A stretch of DNA of 39,375 nt, from positions 24,798,854-24,838,228 of the forward strand of contig NC_068981.1 of assembly GCF_001194135.2 (NCBI RefSeq). The letters are read 5' to 3'. The stretch comes from Octopus bimaculoides (lineage: Eukaryota). The notes beneath the pieces are model-generated. The model had not been told where the DNA came from. It searched no databases and was given only the letters and a program-made list of their open reading frames with translations. This document shows, piece by piece, positions 1 through 11,857 of the stretch. The position numbers and the translations under genes are program-made. Each line of letters begins with the position of its first letter. Position 1 is the first letter of the stretch.

Positions 1-75
<75 letters not shown>

Positions 76-120
76 GTGCGTATATATATACATGTGTGTG
101 TGTATATATATATATATATA
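1..120. repeat. (TA)n microsatellite with (TG) interruptions
   Basis: Directly visible. Similar TA/CA tracts recur at 300-560, 740-907, 1275-1480, 18087-18229, 18790-18880 and elsewhere, often next to N-gaps. Confidence 0.95.
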
Positions 121-756
121 TGCACAACACATGCTTACACCATTGCATTTCTGTAGCCAGACTAATGTTGACAATCACATCCCTTTTTGTATGAATGATG
201 TCACTTATAGTATTTCATTGTTTGTATACTAAACTTGTGTCCCAGTATGTTTTTTTAGTGTGAGAGATTTACTGTAAATATGCAACATGCATGTGTAAAA
301 AATATGTAAATAGGCATATATGTGTGTGTGTGTGTGTATATTTATTTATATATATGTAGATATATACATATATATATATGTATATGTATATATACACATG
401 CAAATATGCATACATAAACAAATTTATTCTGCTCGTTTTCTGTTTTCTATACCAATATGAGATGTACATATGTATATACATATATGAAGTTATGAAGTGT
501 GTGTGTATATATATATATTTATGTATGTGTATATATATGTATATATATATATATATGTATGTATACAATATATTTGACATACATAAAAGCCATGAGTGGT
601 AAATGAAAAGTTGGAACTTGTCTACAGATTATGTTGGGTCGTCATTTTGTTGTTATCCAGTATAGAGAATTTATGCAGGAATTGTCAGATAACAGACGCA
701 TATCAGTGCATATAATTGTGTCTGTTTGTACATACGTATATACAGGCATACATATT

Positions 757-803
<47 letters not shown>

Positions 804-1365
804 ATATGTATAATTGTGCACACATATACATATACGAAATATGCGTAATAAATATATATGTGCATATTACACACCTATATATGTGTATGTATGTATATAT
901 ATATATANNNNNNNNNNNNNNNNNNNNNNNNNNNNNNNNNNNNNNNNNNNNNNNNNNNNNNNNNNNNNNNNNNNNNNNNNNNNNNNNNNNNNNNNNNNNN
1001 NNNNNNNNNNNNNNNNNNNNNNNNNNNNNNNNNNNNNNNNNNNNNNNNNNNNNNNNNNNNNNNNNNNNNNNNNNNNNNNNNNNNNNNNNNNNNNNNNNNN
1101 NNNNNNNNNNNNNNNNNNNNNNNNNNNNNNNNNNNNNNNNNNNNNNNNNNNNNNNNNNNNNNNNNNNNNNNNNNNNNNNNNNNNNNNNNNNNNNNNNNNN
1201 NNNNNNNNNNNNNNNNNNNNNNNNNNNNNNNNNNNNNNNNNNNNNNNNNNNNNNNNNNNNNNNNNNNNNNNNNNTATATATGCATATATATATACATATA
1301 TATATATGCATATATATATATATATATACACATATATATATATGCATATATATATATATATACAC

Positions 1366-1399
<34 letters not shown>

Positions 1400-1845
1400 A
1401 TGTATGCATATATATATATATATCGTATACACGCGCATGCACATTTGTATATATATATACATATATGTACATATAAAATATAATTTTTTTTACTCATCGT
1501 ACATTTTCCATCTAGCACCCACTCAATCGTCCATCAGCTCCTTGCACCCGCATCTGTAATGAAATAATCCATTTCCTCCACCCATCCTTCCTATACCCAT
1601 CACGTTTTTTTTTCCTTCCCATTTTTCATTTTATCACATGATATGACATACAAAACAAAGAAATCTCAGGTGTATATTTTATTCTCTTTATATTAACCAT
1701 GCAGGATCTTTTTTTTTTCTCTTCATGAACACATGCATATGCATATATTGATGCGTGTATGTGCATGCACACACACACACACATACTCTGTGTGTGTTTG
1801 TGTCCTAGTGTGTAGTTAATATATATATATTTTTGTGTGTGTGTG

Positions 1846-1894
<49 letters not shown>

Positions 1895-2920
1895 NNNNNN
1901 NNNNATGTGTAGATATATATATATATATAATACGCTTTTTTTTATTTTGTGTTTTCTTTCATTTCTCTTTTTTTGTATAAAAACCCGAAAAGAAAAAAAA
2001 AACTGTACAGATGAAAACAATGGCTGAGTTGACTCTATATATCAGCCGACTCGGTAGTATATGAATGATGATACATGAGATGAAACCCCACTGCTGTTGT
2101 TTTTTTTCATTTTTTTTTTCTCCTCTATTTCCCCTTCCCTTCTCCAATCATTTTTCAATGCAGGGTCCCTTTATTGTACAAAATTTTACATGATTAACCT
2201 ACCCCCCCTCCCTATGTATCTACATATTCGCTTACCTCAGTTCACACCTTTCCACCCGGAACAGGTACACACTAGGAGAATTAACTGCAGCAATATTTTA
2301 GACCTAGCTTGCTCATCCAAAGAGTACTTTGGCTGTCATTACACTTAAGTTTTCAAATGCCAATGGAATGTAGTACACCTAACCTTGTACATCCCTTTTG
2401 GACCCTGCAAAGTTTCTAAAAGGATTGACTCAAACTCTTTAACTTTGTACAAAATATTAAACACTAGATAAGCAGGGAAACATGTTCGAATCTCCACTGG
2501 AGCCTTCGAACCATTTCATTTCTTGTGTTGTTATTATTTTCACTTATACTCTATTTTATTACCTTTGTTATCCTTATTTATCATATTCCCCATAATAATA
2601 ATAATAATCATCATTATCATTATCATTAATAATAATAATACTCTGTGTGTATGTGTATGTGTGTGTGTGTGTGTGGGAGTAGCTCTTTTCTGTTCCGAGT
2701 TCATACTTTACTTGGGTCAACTTTGCCTTTCCTACTCCTAAATTTATATAAAACTAAGTAGCAGTCAAATGCCATGGTCGATATAATCAGTTGTGCCCTT
2801 GAATTTCGTGGCCTTGTGCTCTAGTTAGAGACCTCCCTCTTCCTTCTCTGCCTCCCCTTCATCATCATCATCATCATCAGCATCATCAGCATTTTCATTA
2901 TTGATATTAATTTGGTTGTA

Positions 2921-3120
2921 CAAGGTAGCAAACTAGCAGAATCGTTAGCAGCATATCATCCGTCTTTATGTTCTGACTTCAAATTCCGTTGAGGTCGGCT
3001 TTGCCTTTCATTCTCTTTAGGGGTTAATAGAATAAGTACCAATCAAAGTTTGGGGTCAATGTAATTGATCCACGTCCTCCAACTTAACTGCTGGCCTTGT
3101 CCTAAAATTTAAAACCAATA
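2921..3120 (+). mobile_element. SINE family A, degenerate copy
   Basis: A-box-like ctagcagaatcgttagc, B-box-like gacttcaaattcc, central ctttgcctttcat...aataagtacc, tail variant ctggccttgtcctaaaatttaaaacc. A more decayed copy lies at ~2670-2830. Confidence 0.8.
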
Positions 3121-3369
3121 TAAATTTGTTTGTAGGGTGGTAAAAAACCAAAGAGTAGTGGTACAAATACTGTACATGTATTTAGCTGCTGTTCTGTTGC
3201 TCTCCAAAGTCTATGTTTTATCTCATCAAAGTTGACACTGCCTGTATAGTGAAGTAAAGACGTCTCTACCCGCTAGTGTGATGTACAAGTATTGACTCTC
3301 TACATTGAATCTCCTTGCCTAAAAATTTCTAGTCTTGTGCTGAACAGAGACATTATTATTATTATTTTG

Positions 3370-3780
3370 ATACCAGGGCCGCCTGACTGGCTCCTGTGCC
3401 AGTGGCATGTAAAAAGCACTATCTGAACGTGGCCAATGCCAGTACCCCTTGACTGGCTCCCGTGCCGGTAGCGCGTAAAAAGCACTATTCGAACGTGGCT
3501 GATGCTAGTACCCCTCGACTGGCTCCCGTGCCAGTGGCACGTAAAAAGCACTATCCAAACATGATTGATGCCAGGCTCACCTGACTGGCTCCTGTGCCGG
3601 TGGCATGTAAAAAGCACCCACTACACTCTCAGAGTGGTTGGTGTTAGGAAGGACATCCAGCTGTAGAAACATTGCCAGATCAGACTAGATCCTGGCGCAG
3701 CCACTGGCTTTCCAAACCTCAGTCAAACCATCCAACCCATGCCAGCATGGAAAATGGACGTTAAACGATAACGATGATGA
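3370..3780 (+). mobile_element. SINE family B with four tandem 66-bp internal units and a (GAT)n tail
   Basis: gactggctc units start at 3385, 3451, 3517 and 3583. They are followed by gagtggttggtgttaggaaggacatccagctgtagaaac...ccaacccatgccagcatggaaaatggacgttaaacgat, which is shared with the copies at 27775 and 37005. Confidence 0.85.
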
Positions 3781-3784
3781 TGTT

Positions 3785-3955
3785 TGACAGAATTGTCAGA
3801 GTTCTGAATTCAAATTCTGCCAACGTTGAACTCTGTACCTTTCGTCCTTTCTGGGTCAATAGAAGAAGTACCAGTCATGTTTTGGGGTTTGATGTAATCG
3901 AATAGACACTGTCCCCCAAAATTTTAGGCCTTGTGCCTATGTTAGAAAGTATTAT
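3785..3955 (+). mobile_element. SINE family A, 5'-truncated
   Basis: gttctgaattcaaattctgcc...aagtaccagt...aaattttaggccttgtgcctatgttagaaag followed by (ATT)n. Confidence 0.8.
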
Positions 3956-4295
3956 TATAATTGAGAGTGTGTGGTCTGGCAGGCTTACACTCAATTAATA
4001 GAAATGCCACAAAGATGAAGCTTTTCTTTCCTACATTTTTTTTTCTATCAACCTCTTTTCCTGTCATTTACATTCTCAGATTAATAAAATACCTGTATTG
4101 TCTTAGGAGGTACAGGAGCAGGGTGTGCTGAAAATATCATTCTCCAATTAAATATGTGCCTAATTCCAAAGAAATTAACATTATCTTTCACAGTAGGGAT
4201 AGAAGTAAGAATTTTTTTTCGGCATGTGAAGGGTTAATAAAGAAATTATTATTATTATTATTATTAATATTATTGTTGTTGTTGTTGTTGTTGTT

Positions 4296-4505
4296 GAACT
4301 AGCAGAATCATTAGCACACTGGGCAAAAAAATTGCTTAACGACATTTCGTTTGTCTTCAGGTTCTGAGTTCAAATTAGGCTGAGGTCAACTTTGCCTTTC
4401 ATTCTTCCGCAGTTGATAAAATAAGTACCAGTGAAGTACTGGGGCCGATGTAATTGACATAACTCCTATCCCCAAATTTCAGGCCTCGTGTCTATAGCAG
4501 AAAGG

Positions 4506-4543
<38 letters not shown>

Positions 4544-5045
4544 GATGGTAAGGTAGCAGAATAGTAAGCATGTCAAGGCTGACTTTGCCTTCCATCCTTT
4601 TGGGGATCAATAAAATAAGTGCCGGTTGAGCACAGGGGTTCATGAAATCAACTACTCCCCCACCCCACCTCACCCCCAAATTTAAGGTCTTCTGCCTATA
4701 GTACAAAGGTGGCAGAGTTGTTAGCATGCCGGGCAAAATGCTTAGCAGTATTTCATCTGTCTTTACGTTCTGAGTTCAAATTTCATCGAGGTCAACTTTG
4801 CCTTTCATCCTTTCGGTNNNNNNNNNNNNNNNNNNNNNNNNNNNNNNNNNNNNNNNNNNNNNNNNNNNNNNNNNNNNNNNNNNNNNNNNNNNNNNNNNNN
4901 NNNNNNNNNNNNNNNNNNNNNNNNNNNNNNNNNNNNNNCAATAATTGAAGTACTGGGGTCGATGTAATGGGCTTACCCACTTCCCCCAATGTTGCTGACC
5001 TTGTGCCAAAATTTGAAACCATTATTATTATTATTATTATTATTA
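4296..5045 (+). mobile_element. Head-to-tail stack of at least three family A SINEs (includes N-gap 4818-4938)
   Basis: Heads at ~4296, ~4542 (internally deleted) and ~4708. Each has the body gactttgcctttcatcc and they are separated by (ATT)n. A tail resumes after the gap at 4939. Confidence 0.85.
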
Positions 5046-5262
5046 GATAGCAAAGAAACCAGCATCTGCATCAACATAATCACCATCATCATTATCATGC
5101 TCTTAATTATCACTAGAATCTTCTCTTCATCATTGATACTGACATCATGGTCATTATTATTATTGTTAAGCTCTTTTACGTCTTTATCCACATTGCCTTC
5201 TCTTTATGTATTTTAATTTCTTTAACTTAATTGTTCACTTCTTTTTTATTCCTTACCATATA

Positions 5263-5322
<60 letters not shown>

Positions 5323-5324
<2 letters not shown>

Positions 5325-5536
5325 GGTGGCTGGGTGGCAGAATCGTGAGCATGCCAGGTGAAATGCTTAGCGGTATGTTGTCTGTCTTTACATTCTGAGT
5401 TCAAATTCCGCCAAGGTCATCTTTGCCTTTCATTTTTTCAGGGTTGATAAATTAAGTACCAGTGAAATACTGGGGTTGATGTAGTCGACTAGTTCCCTCC
5501 CCCAAAATTTCAGGTCTTGTGCCTATAGTAGAAAGG
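5323..5536 (+). mobile_element. SINE family A, full length, embedded in (ATT)n
   Basis: aaggtggctgggtggcagaatcgtgagc head, gagttcaaattcc B-box, tail aaaatttcaggtcttgtgcctatagtagaaagg. (ATT)n tracts on both sides (5260-5322, 5537-5665). Confidence 0.9.
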
Positions 5537-5625
<89 letters not shown>

Positions 5626-5665
5626 CATTATTATTATCATTATTATTATTATTATTATTATTATT

Positions 5666-5878
5666 AAGGCAGCAAGCTGGCCGAATCATTAGTACGCCAG
5701 ACGAAGTGCTTCACGGTATTTCGTCTGCCGCTTTGTTCTAAGTTCAAAACTCCACCAAGGTTGACTTTGCCTTTCATGCTTTCAGAGTTGATAAATTAAG
5801 TACCAGTGAAACATTGGGGTCGATGTAATCGACCAGTCTCTTCTCCATCAAATTTCAGGTTTTGTACCTATAGTAGAC

Positions 5879-5880
<2 letters not shown>
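5666..5880 (+). mobile_element. SINE family A, full length, embedded in (ATT)n
   Basis: Same head/body/tail as 5323-5536, followed by (ATT)n. Confidence 0.88.
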
Positions 5881-5922
<42 letters not shown>

Positions 5923-6134
5923 GAAAAATAATAATTTAGATTTTTTAAACAAATTTTATTTTGTTCCTTTTTTTTTCTCCTTTTCTTCCATTTTGTTTTT
6001 TTTATTTATCCAATAATTATATTTCCTCCAGCAGCATTCAATTTTGTGAAACTTTTGTTAATACGTCACAATTAAACAAAACAACAACAACAACAATTGA
6101 AAGTTACACCACAGTGCTTGGAGATATGAAGATA

Positions 6135-6320
6135 GATAGATGGATAGACACATAGATAACAAATAGATTTGTAAATAGATAGATAGATAGATTGATAGAC
6201 AGACAGATGGATAGATAGATAGATTGATTGATTTGTAAATAGATAGATAGATAGACAGAAAGATTGATAAAGTTTTAAATAGATAGATAGATTTGTAAAT
6301 AGATAGATATATATGTAGAT
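6135..6320. repeat. Degenerate (GATA)n/(GATT)n microsatellite
   Basis: Directly visible. Confidence 0.9.
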
Positions 6321-6896
6321 AAATAAGGATATACAGATGTAGAATATTCAGGAAAATATTGAAAGAAATTTGCTGTTTCATATTTTTTTTCTTTCCAAAT
6401 TCTATTTGTTTCAAAATAATTTTTTTTTTGTTTTTATGAATCATTGGAAAATGATATCTACTACTCATTACTTTACACACCAGCACATATACATACATAT
6501 ACACACACATATATACTCTCTCTGTCTGTCTATCTGCACACAACTAAGGAAAATTAGCATGTACTCTTAACAAACGTACAAACTTGCATACTACAACCGA
6601 TTCATTCAAACTCTTTGTAAAAGTGAAGAAAGTTGTTCTCATGTATGTGTGTGTGTGTGTAAATTAATTTGGTCTATAAATGTAGTCCACTTATTAATTA
6701 TTACTATTGTAGTTAAATTGAATTTCTTAATATGAGATCAGTTTGTTACTATGAGTGAGTGTGTAATTCAGATGTTTGTAGTTTTGGTTCGAATTCTTTC
6801 TATTTCATAAAAACCCTTTACTAAACTGTTGCATAAAAAGATATTTATTACCATGACTAGTATATACATATGTGTATATGTAGAAATGTGTGTGTA

Positions 6897-6941
<45 letters not shown>

Positions 6942-7613
6942 GCATATAGCTTGTATTCAAGTACACATGTACGTGTTGTGTGTGTGTGTGTGTATGTATA
7001 TATACACTGCATGTATGAATGTATATAACGATTTTATAATGCAAACCTCTCTCTCCATCTTCCATCAATGCTGTCATTAGTTTAAATGTCGAAAATGAGG
7101 GCAAAATCGTTAACATCGTATATAATGGAACTGTGCACTTAACAAGGTCTTGATTGATCTATTTCAGATTATTATTATTTTTATTTTTTTTTTTTTTTGA
7201 AGAAGTGCATACAATCTCATTTAAACTTGCTCCTGGCTGGTTTTACTATATTTCATTATTCAGAGTAAATTAAAATTTTTGCGAAAATGTAAATATAATA
7301 GTTACAAAAAAAAAATACAAAAATAAAAAAAAAATTTGAAAAAAATAAAAAATTAAAAAAAAATTTAAATGATATAAAATGAAAATGGAAAACAAAAATG
7401 AGAAAAATTCCTATTTGTAGCATATATATTTTTAAATAAAAATATTTCAATAAAACATTAAAATTAATCAATACATTCTAAGTGTCAAGTTCCTATTGAA
7501 CACTTAAGAAAGAATTGAACGGAGCAGTCAAATTTTGATCACAGAAGGTGGGTGATGCTGACCAAAATATAAATTTGTAAATATATACGTCTCAGGCATA
7601 ATTACCCACCACC

Positions 7614-7652
<39 letters not shown>

Positions 7653-7770
7653 TCATTTACTCTAGCTATGCTCTTGATTTCCAGTATAAGTATATTTGTA
7701 TTCTACAGTATATATAAATATAGTTTGTGTGTGTGTGTGTGTGTGCAAGCATATATATATATATATAGTA

Positions 7771-7804
<34 letters not shown>

Positions 7805-7805
<1 letters not shown>

Positions 7806-8018
7806 AGGAGGTGAGCTGGTAGAATTGTTAGCATGCCAGGCAAAGTGCTTAGCAGCATTTCATGTCTTCACGTTCTGAGTTCAAATGCCGCCGAAGTCGA
7901 CTTTGCTTTTTATCCTTTTGGGGTTGATAAAATAAGTACCAGTTGAGCACTGGTGTCAATGGAATTGACTTACCCCCCCTCCCTCAAAATTTCTGGCCTT
8001 GTGCCAAAATTTGAAAAC
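7805..8018 (+). mobile_element. SINE family A (gccaaaatttgaaa tail variant)
   Basis: aaggaggtgagctggtagaattgttagc head directly after (ATT)n, with gagttcaaatgcc and gtcgactttgc body motifs. Confidence 0.88.
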
Positions 8019-8311
8019 CTTATAGTAAGCTGAAGCATCTTGAATCATTATTCTTAGGTTCATGTTGCTGGTTATTCAAATAACTTCTCTTGAATAAGCG
8101 GTGCCGTAAAATTCAAGCATAATAATTCTTAAAGTTTCAGCCTCTAATGAAATGTATAGAAACTGTAGATTTTTGCATTGAGTCCATTTTGCTTACTTTT
8201 AATCATAAACATCCGTTGTGTATGGTGTGTGTGTGTGTGTTGACACCTTACTGTCTTTGCAGTTGATGCAGTCAAGAAAATTCTCAGGTATTGTGCATTA
8301 TATCTTCAGTT

Positions 8312-8520
8312 GTGGTGAGCTGGTAGAATTGTTACCATGCTGGGTAAAATGCAGCATTTCGTTCATCTTTATTTTCTGAGTTCAAATCCCGCTGAGGTCG
8401 ACTTTGCATTTCGTTCCTTTCAGGATTGATAAATTAAGTACCAGTCATGTACTGGGGTTAATATAATCAACTAGTCTCCTCCCACAAAATTTCAGGCCTT
8501 GTGCCTATAATAGAAAGAAT
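8312..8520 (+). mobile_element. SINE family A
   Basis: gtggtgagctggtagaattgtt head, gaggtcgactttgc body, aaaatttcaggccttgtgcctataatagaaag tail and (ATT)n. Confidence 0.88.
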
Positions 8521-8774
8521 TATTATTATTATTATTATTATTGTTTTTTTTTTTTTTTTTTTTTTTTTTGTCGTCTTAGTGACCAGATATTTAATTACGT
8601 TCTCTTGTATTGTGGATCATTTAGTTTGACATTATTAACTTGTCTTTACCTCCTACTTTCTTGGAGTTGATAGAAACAAATCCCAGCTATATTCTAGGGT
8701 TGATTTGATCATCTAAAATCTTCTTATCTCATTGATGTAATTAGTAATTATTTCTGTCAAGACCCCTGGCTGCT

Positions 8775-8910
8775 TTTCCTACAGGCATCCAGCCATAAAA
8801 AAACCATGTCAGAACAGACACTGAAGCCTGGTGCAGTCTTCTGCGTAGCCAGCTACTGTCAAACCATCCAACCCATGCCAGCATGGAAAGCAGATGTTAA
8901 ATGATGATGT
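8775..8910 (+). mobile_element. SINE family B, 3' portion
   Basis: ggcatccagccataaaa...gtcaaaccatccaacccatgccagcatggaaagcagatgttaaatgatgatg. Confidence 0.8.
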
Positions 8911-9269
8911 TGGTGGTAGTGGTGATGACCTCCTTTATTTGGTTTGAATAGAAGATTCAATTTGTCACCAATCGAAGTTTAGAATTATGCCTGGCTATAA
9001 ACCAATGACTGAACAATATAGTCATCTAACTCATGCCAGCATGGAAAAATGGACAGAAGACAAATAAATACATACATACATACATACATTATTGTAATAT
9101 TGTAATATAGTACTTACTATACTCTCTATATTGAATTTTTTTAGTTTTTATGCAATGTTTTGTATAAAGAGAATGTTTAACAAATGCGTTATTGTGTAGT
9201 GACTAAACAAAGCACTTTACATGCTGTGTAATGCAGGGATTTTGGTAGCAATGTCATAGCTGTTGTTTT

Positions 9270-9531
9270 GTTGATGTTTAGCCAGTGGTCATTTCTGGTC
9301 AAGCTGACCAATGACACATAGGTAGGTGATTGATTGAGGTCTTTTAGACCGGCGTTCCATTTGTGACCATCCCATCTTTTTTTTTCCTTTTGTCTGGCTA
9401 TAATTTATTTCCAAGATTGTGTCAGCTAATATATCTGCTGTTTGTTATTTTCTGTATGTTTAGAGCATGATGTGAGAGGGATTTTGCTTGCTATTTCTAG
9501 CAATGTTGAATGACTATGTGGAGGCTCCCTC
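9270..9531 (-). mobile_element. Dispersed repeat family F (probably a SINE/LINE 3' end with an (AAC)n tail)
   Basis: Aligns by eye with 16621-16834 (tttag..ggtca...ctg.tcaa; gaggga...gctatttctag...gctccctc) and with fragments at ~15520-15560 and, in reverse, ~23265-23320. The class is inferred only from the (GTT)n at the left edge. Confidence 0.6.
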
Positions 9532-9972
9532 AAATGACATAGTGTGGCAGGGATATCGTGATGCTGTGTAGTGCATTCTGTGATGGAATTTGATTGGAAT
9601 TTGACATGTAAACAGCACATTTGGAAGGGCATGGTTTATTACTGAATTAGCCCATTTGATTGCAGAACCCCAAGTCTGTGTTAAATAACAGTAAAAGTTC
9701 AGTGTAGAGATGGTTCTGAAACAAAAAATATACATTACTTGTCCATGTAGGTAAATATTTCGTTTGTTTGTTTGTATGTATGTATGTATGTGTGTGTTTC
9801 TTTTCTTTGTAAGTTTGCATATCCAGTGCAGCTAGCCCATTCTTTGATTATTCTGTATCACTTCCTGTATTGGCATTTTTCCCTCCAACATGTTTGCATG
9901 TACCTACATTCATAACTATAAATATATATATTGACAAACACATACATATGCATGCACACACACATACACACA

Positions 9973-10009
<37 letters not shown>

Positions 10010-10012
10010 AGG

Positions 10013-10047
<35 letters not shown>

Positions 10048-10075
10048 AGGAGGTATATGTATATATATAGATATA

Positions 10076-10984
10076 CAAGGAGGTATCCAAAAGTAACTGG
10101 AAATGTTCTCTGTGAGACAAGTCTGTTGTAGTTCAGGTTTCCACTGCTAGAAGTAACTTGATGCAACCCTCAGGCATCCGCCTGCCAACCGGCAACATCT
10201 AGTGAAGTCATACTGCCATATGGTGTGTGTCTTTGTTTTACAGTGCTTCTCTCCTGTCTGTCGACTTGTACGATGGCTGAAATGAAGGAACAGCGTGCTT
10301 GCATGAAATTCTGTTTTCTTCTGAAAACAGCAGCTGAAACAGTTGTTATATTTCAAACAGCTTACAAGGACACTGCCTAAGGAAAAAACACACTTTGGGA
10401 ATGGTTATTTGTCACTTCAAGACCAATCTCATTCAAGGCGATCAACGACCTCCTCCTGAATGAATGGACACATCACAAAAATTCATAAACTGATCTTGGA
10501 GGACTGGCACTGAACAATTTACAAACTTGTTGATATGAATGGTGTGTCCTGGAGCTCATGCCAATGAATTTTTGAGTGAGGAATTGCAAAGAAAAAAAAA
10601 GGTTGCAGCAAAATTTGTGTCTCACTTAGAGTTTTTGACCAAAGATGGCATGACCCCCGCTTACCTTCCCTCCCATTTCTGTGGCGTTGTTTGTCTCTCC
10701 TCCTCCTCCACCACCTCACCTCACCTCCTCCTCCTCCTCCTCCTTCTCCTCCTCCCTCGAATGAAAAAAAGTCCTTTAAGGTAAACGTTTTGCAAGTGTG
10801 GAAGAGATGAAGAAAAAACGTCGTCGGCGTTAAAAGTCTTCACTATTCAAGACTTCCAGAACTGCTTTAAACAATGGAAAACACCCTCTCGGCCGATGCA
10901 TCACTTCAAATGGAGTGTAAACTTCTAAAGCTAAGTGAATGAACTAATATTGCAAATTTCCAGTTTCTTTTGGGTAGCTCCTCA
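10076..10984 (+). mobile_element. Internally deleted Tc1/mariner (mariner-type) DNA transposon with TIRs and TA target sites
   Basis: Left end TA|caaggaggtatccaaaagtaactggaaat versus reverse complement of right end TA|tgaggagctacccaaaagaaactggaaat (29 nt, 5 mismatches; the ca/tg pair fits CpG decay). Transposase remnants are listed in the next feature. Confidence 0.92.
10273..10920 (+). pseudogene. Mariner transposase pseudogene (stops, frameshifts, catalytic core deleted)
   Basis: MAEMKEQRACMKFCFLLKTAAETV (N-terminal HTH); ILSEELQRKKKVAAKFVSHL (the VAAKFVPRLL motif) joined directly to EFLTKDGMTP; then GKRFASVEEMKK...IQDFQNCFKQWK...RCITSNG (mariner C-terminus). Confidence 0.88.
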
Positions 10985-11157
10985 TATATGCATATTTAGC
11001 ATTTGCCATACAACACTGCCTCAACAAGTCTCAGCTAGCCCATGACAACATGGAAAAAGGCAAACATAAAAAAAAAATGATGACGATGATGATGATGATG
11101 ATGGTGATGATAACTTTGCTGAAATTGTAATAATAATATTGATGATACTGATGATGG

Positions 11158-11206
<49 letters not shown>

Positions 11207-11371
11207 CAATTTCTAAACCATTCAGAGAAACTGAAAAAAGAAGAATGAAAGAAAACTAAAACAATGAATATAGCTTTATATATATAGCAATAATTAAAAC
11301 ACAAAGAGAAAATTAAGCACAAATTTTATCAACATCATAGATAACAACGAGAGTGATGGTGATTATTATAA

Positions 11372-11548
11372 TGCTGTGAGCTGGCCAAAATGCTTAGTGG
11401 CATAGCACCCTGTCTTTACATTCTGAGTTAAACTGATGTGGTCTACTTCACCTTTCATTTTTTAGGGAGCAATAACGTATTGGGGGCACTGTAATTGATT
11501 TCCCCCTCCCTTAAAAACTGCTGGCCCTGGGCGAAAATTTTAAACCAT
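11372..11548 (+). mobile_element. SINE family A, degenerate with deletions
   Basis: gctgtgagctggccaaaatgcttagtggc...ttctgagtt...cctttcat...ctggccctgggcgaaaattttaaacc. Confidence 0.7.
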
Positions 11549-11826
11549 TAAGATTGAAGTTTATGATGATGGTAGTGATAGGGGAATTGATGATGATTTT
11601 CATGGGTATTGATCAGCTGATAATATCTACAATTGCAGAGTAACTATAATGAAATAATTCACACACATGCAAATATACACGTATACATGCGTGCACGCTC
11701 ACACACTCATACTGTTTGCGTTGTGTGTGTTGGTTCTACAATATTACCAAGTGAAAAGTACATATTGTACTCGAATATTGTACGTTTGTAGTGCCGAGTT
11801 TTAAAAGAATTTAAAACTCAACGTTT

Positions 11827-11857
<31 letters not shown>

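Noticed and set aside
269-1559. Overlapping YI/HT/CV-rich ORFs, and similar long ORFs at 17858-18985, 23750-24442, 31248-32053 and 37886-38757
   Set aside because: They are translations of (TA)n/(CA)n tracts and N-gaps, which contain no stop codons.
2023-2055. Short hairpin gctgagttgact/agccgactcggt followed by an ATGATGA C-box-like word
   Set aside because: Only 12 bp with three G-U pairs and a mismatch, and no D box at a suitable distance.
2236-2271. 36-nt minus-strand segment between ctcctag| and |gtaagc with an EGF-like CTCSGWKGVN
   Set aside because: That frame ends in TGA where Cys is needed and the spacing is wrong for EGF. The other open frame is unrecognisable.
3300-3617. 105-aa minus-strand ORF with an internal 22-aa repeat; also the array's superficial CRISPR-like periodicity
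   Set aside because: It is the 66-bp unit inside SINE family B. The units are similar along their whole length with no unique spacers, there are no cas genes, and the context is eukaryotic.
7260-7475. Extremely A-rich tract, considered as a mitochondrial control-region insertion
   Set aside because: No adjacent mitochondrial gene or tRNA sequence; low complexity alone is not evidence.
8263-8287. 25-nt candidate microexon (DAVKKIL) with good splice signals; similar candidates at 12583-12644 and 20515-20581
   Set aside because: The phases do not chain, the peptides are unrecognised, and such AG...GT pairs are expected by chance in 39 kb of AT-rich DNA.
11796-11819. Perfect 10-bp hairpin gagttttaaa/tttaaaactc
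   Set aside because: Short and AT-rich, so expected by chance; bacterial-style terminators are irrelevant here.
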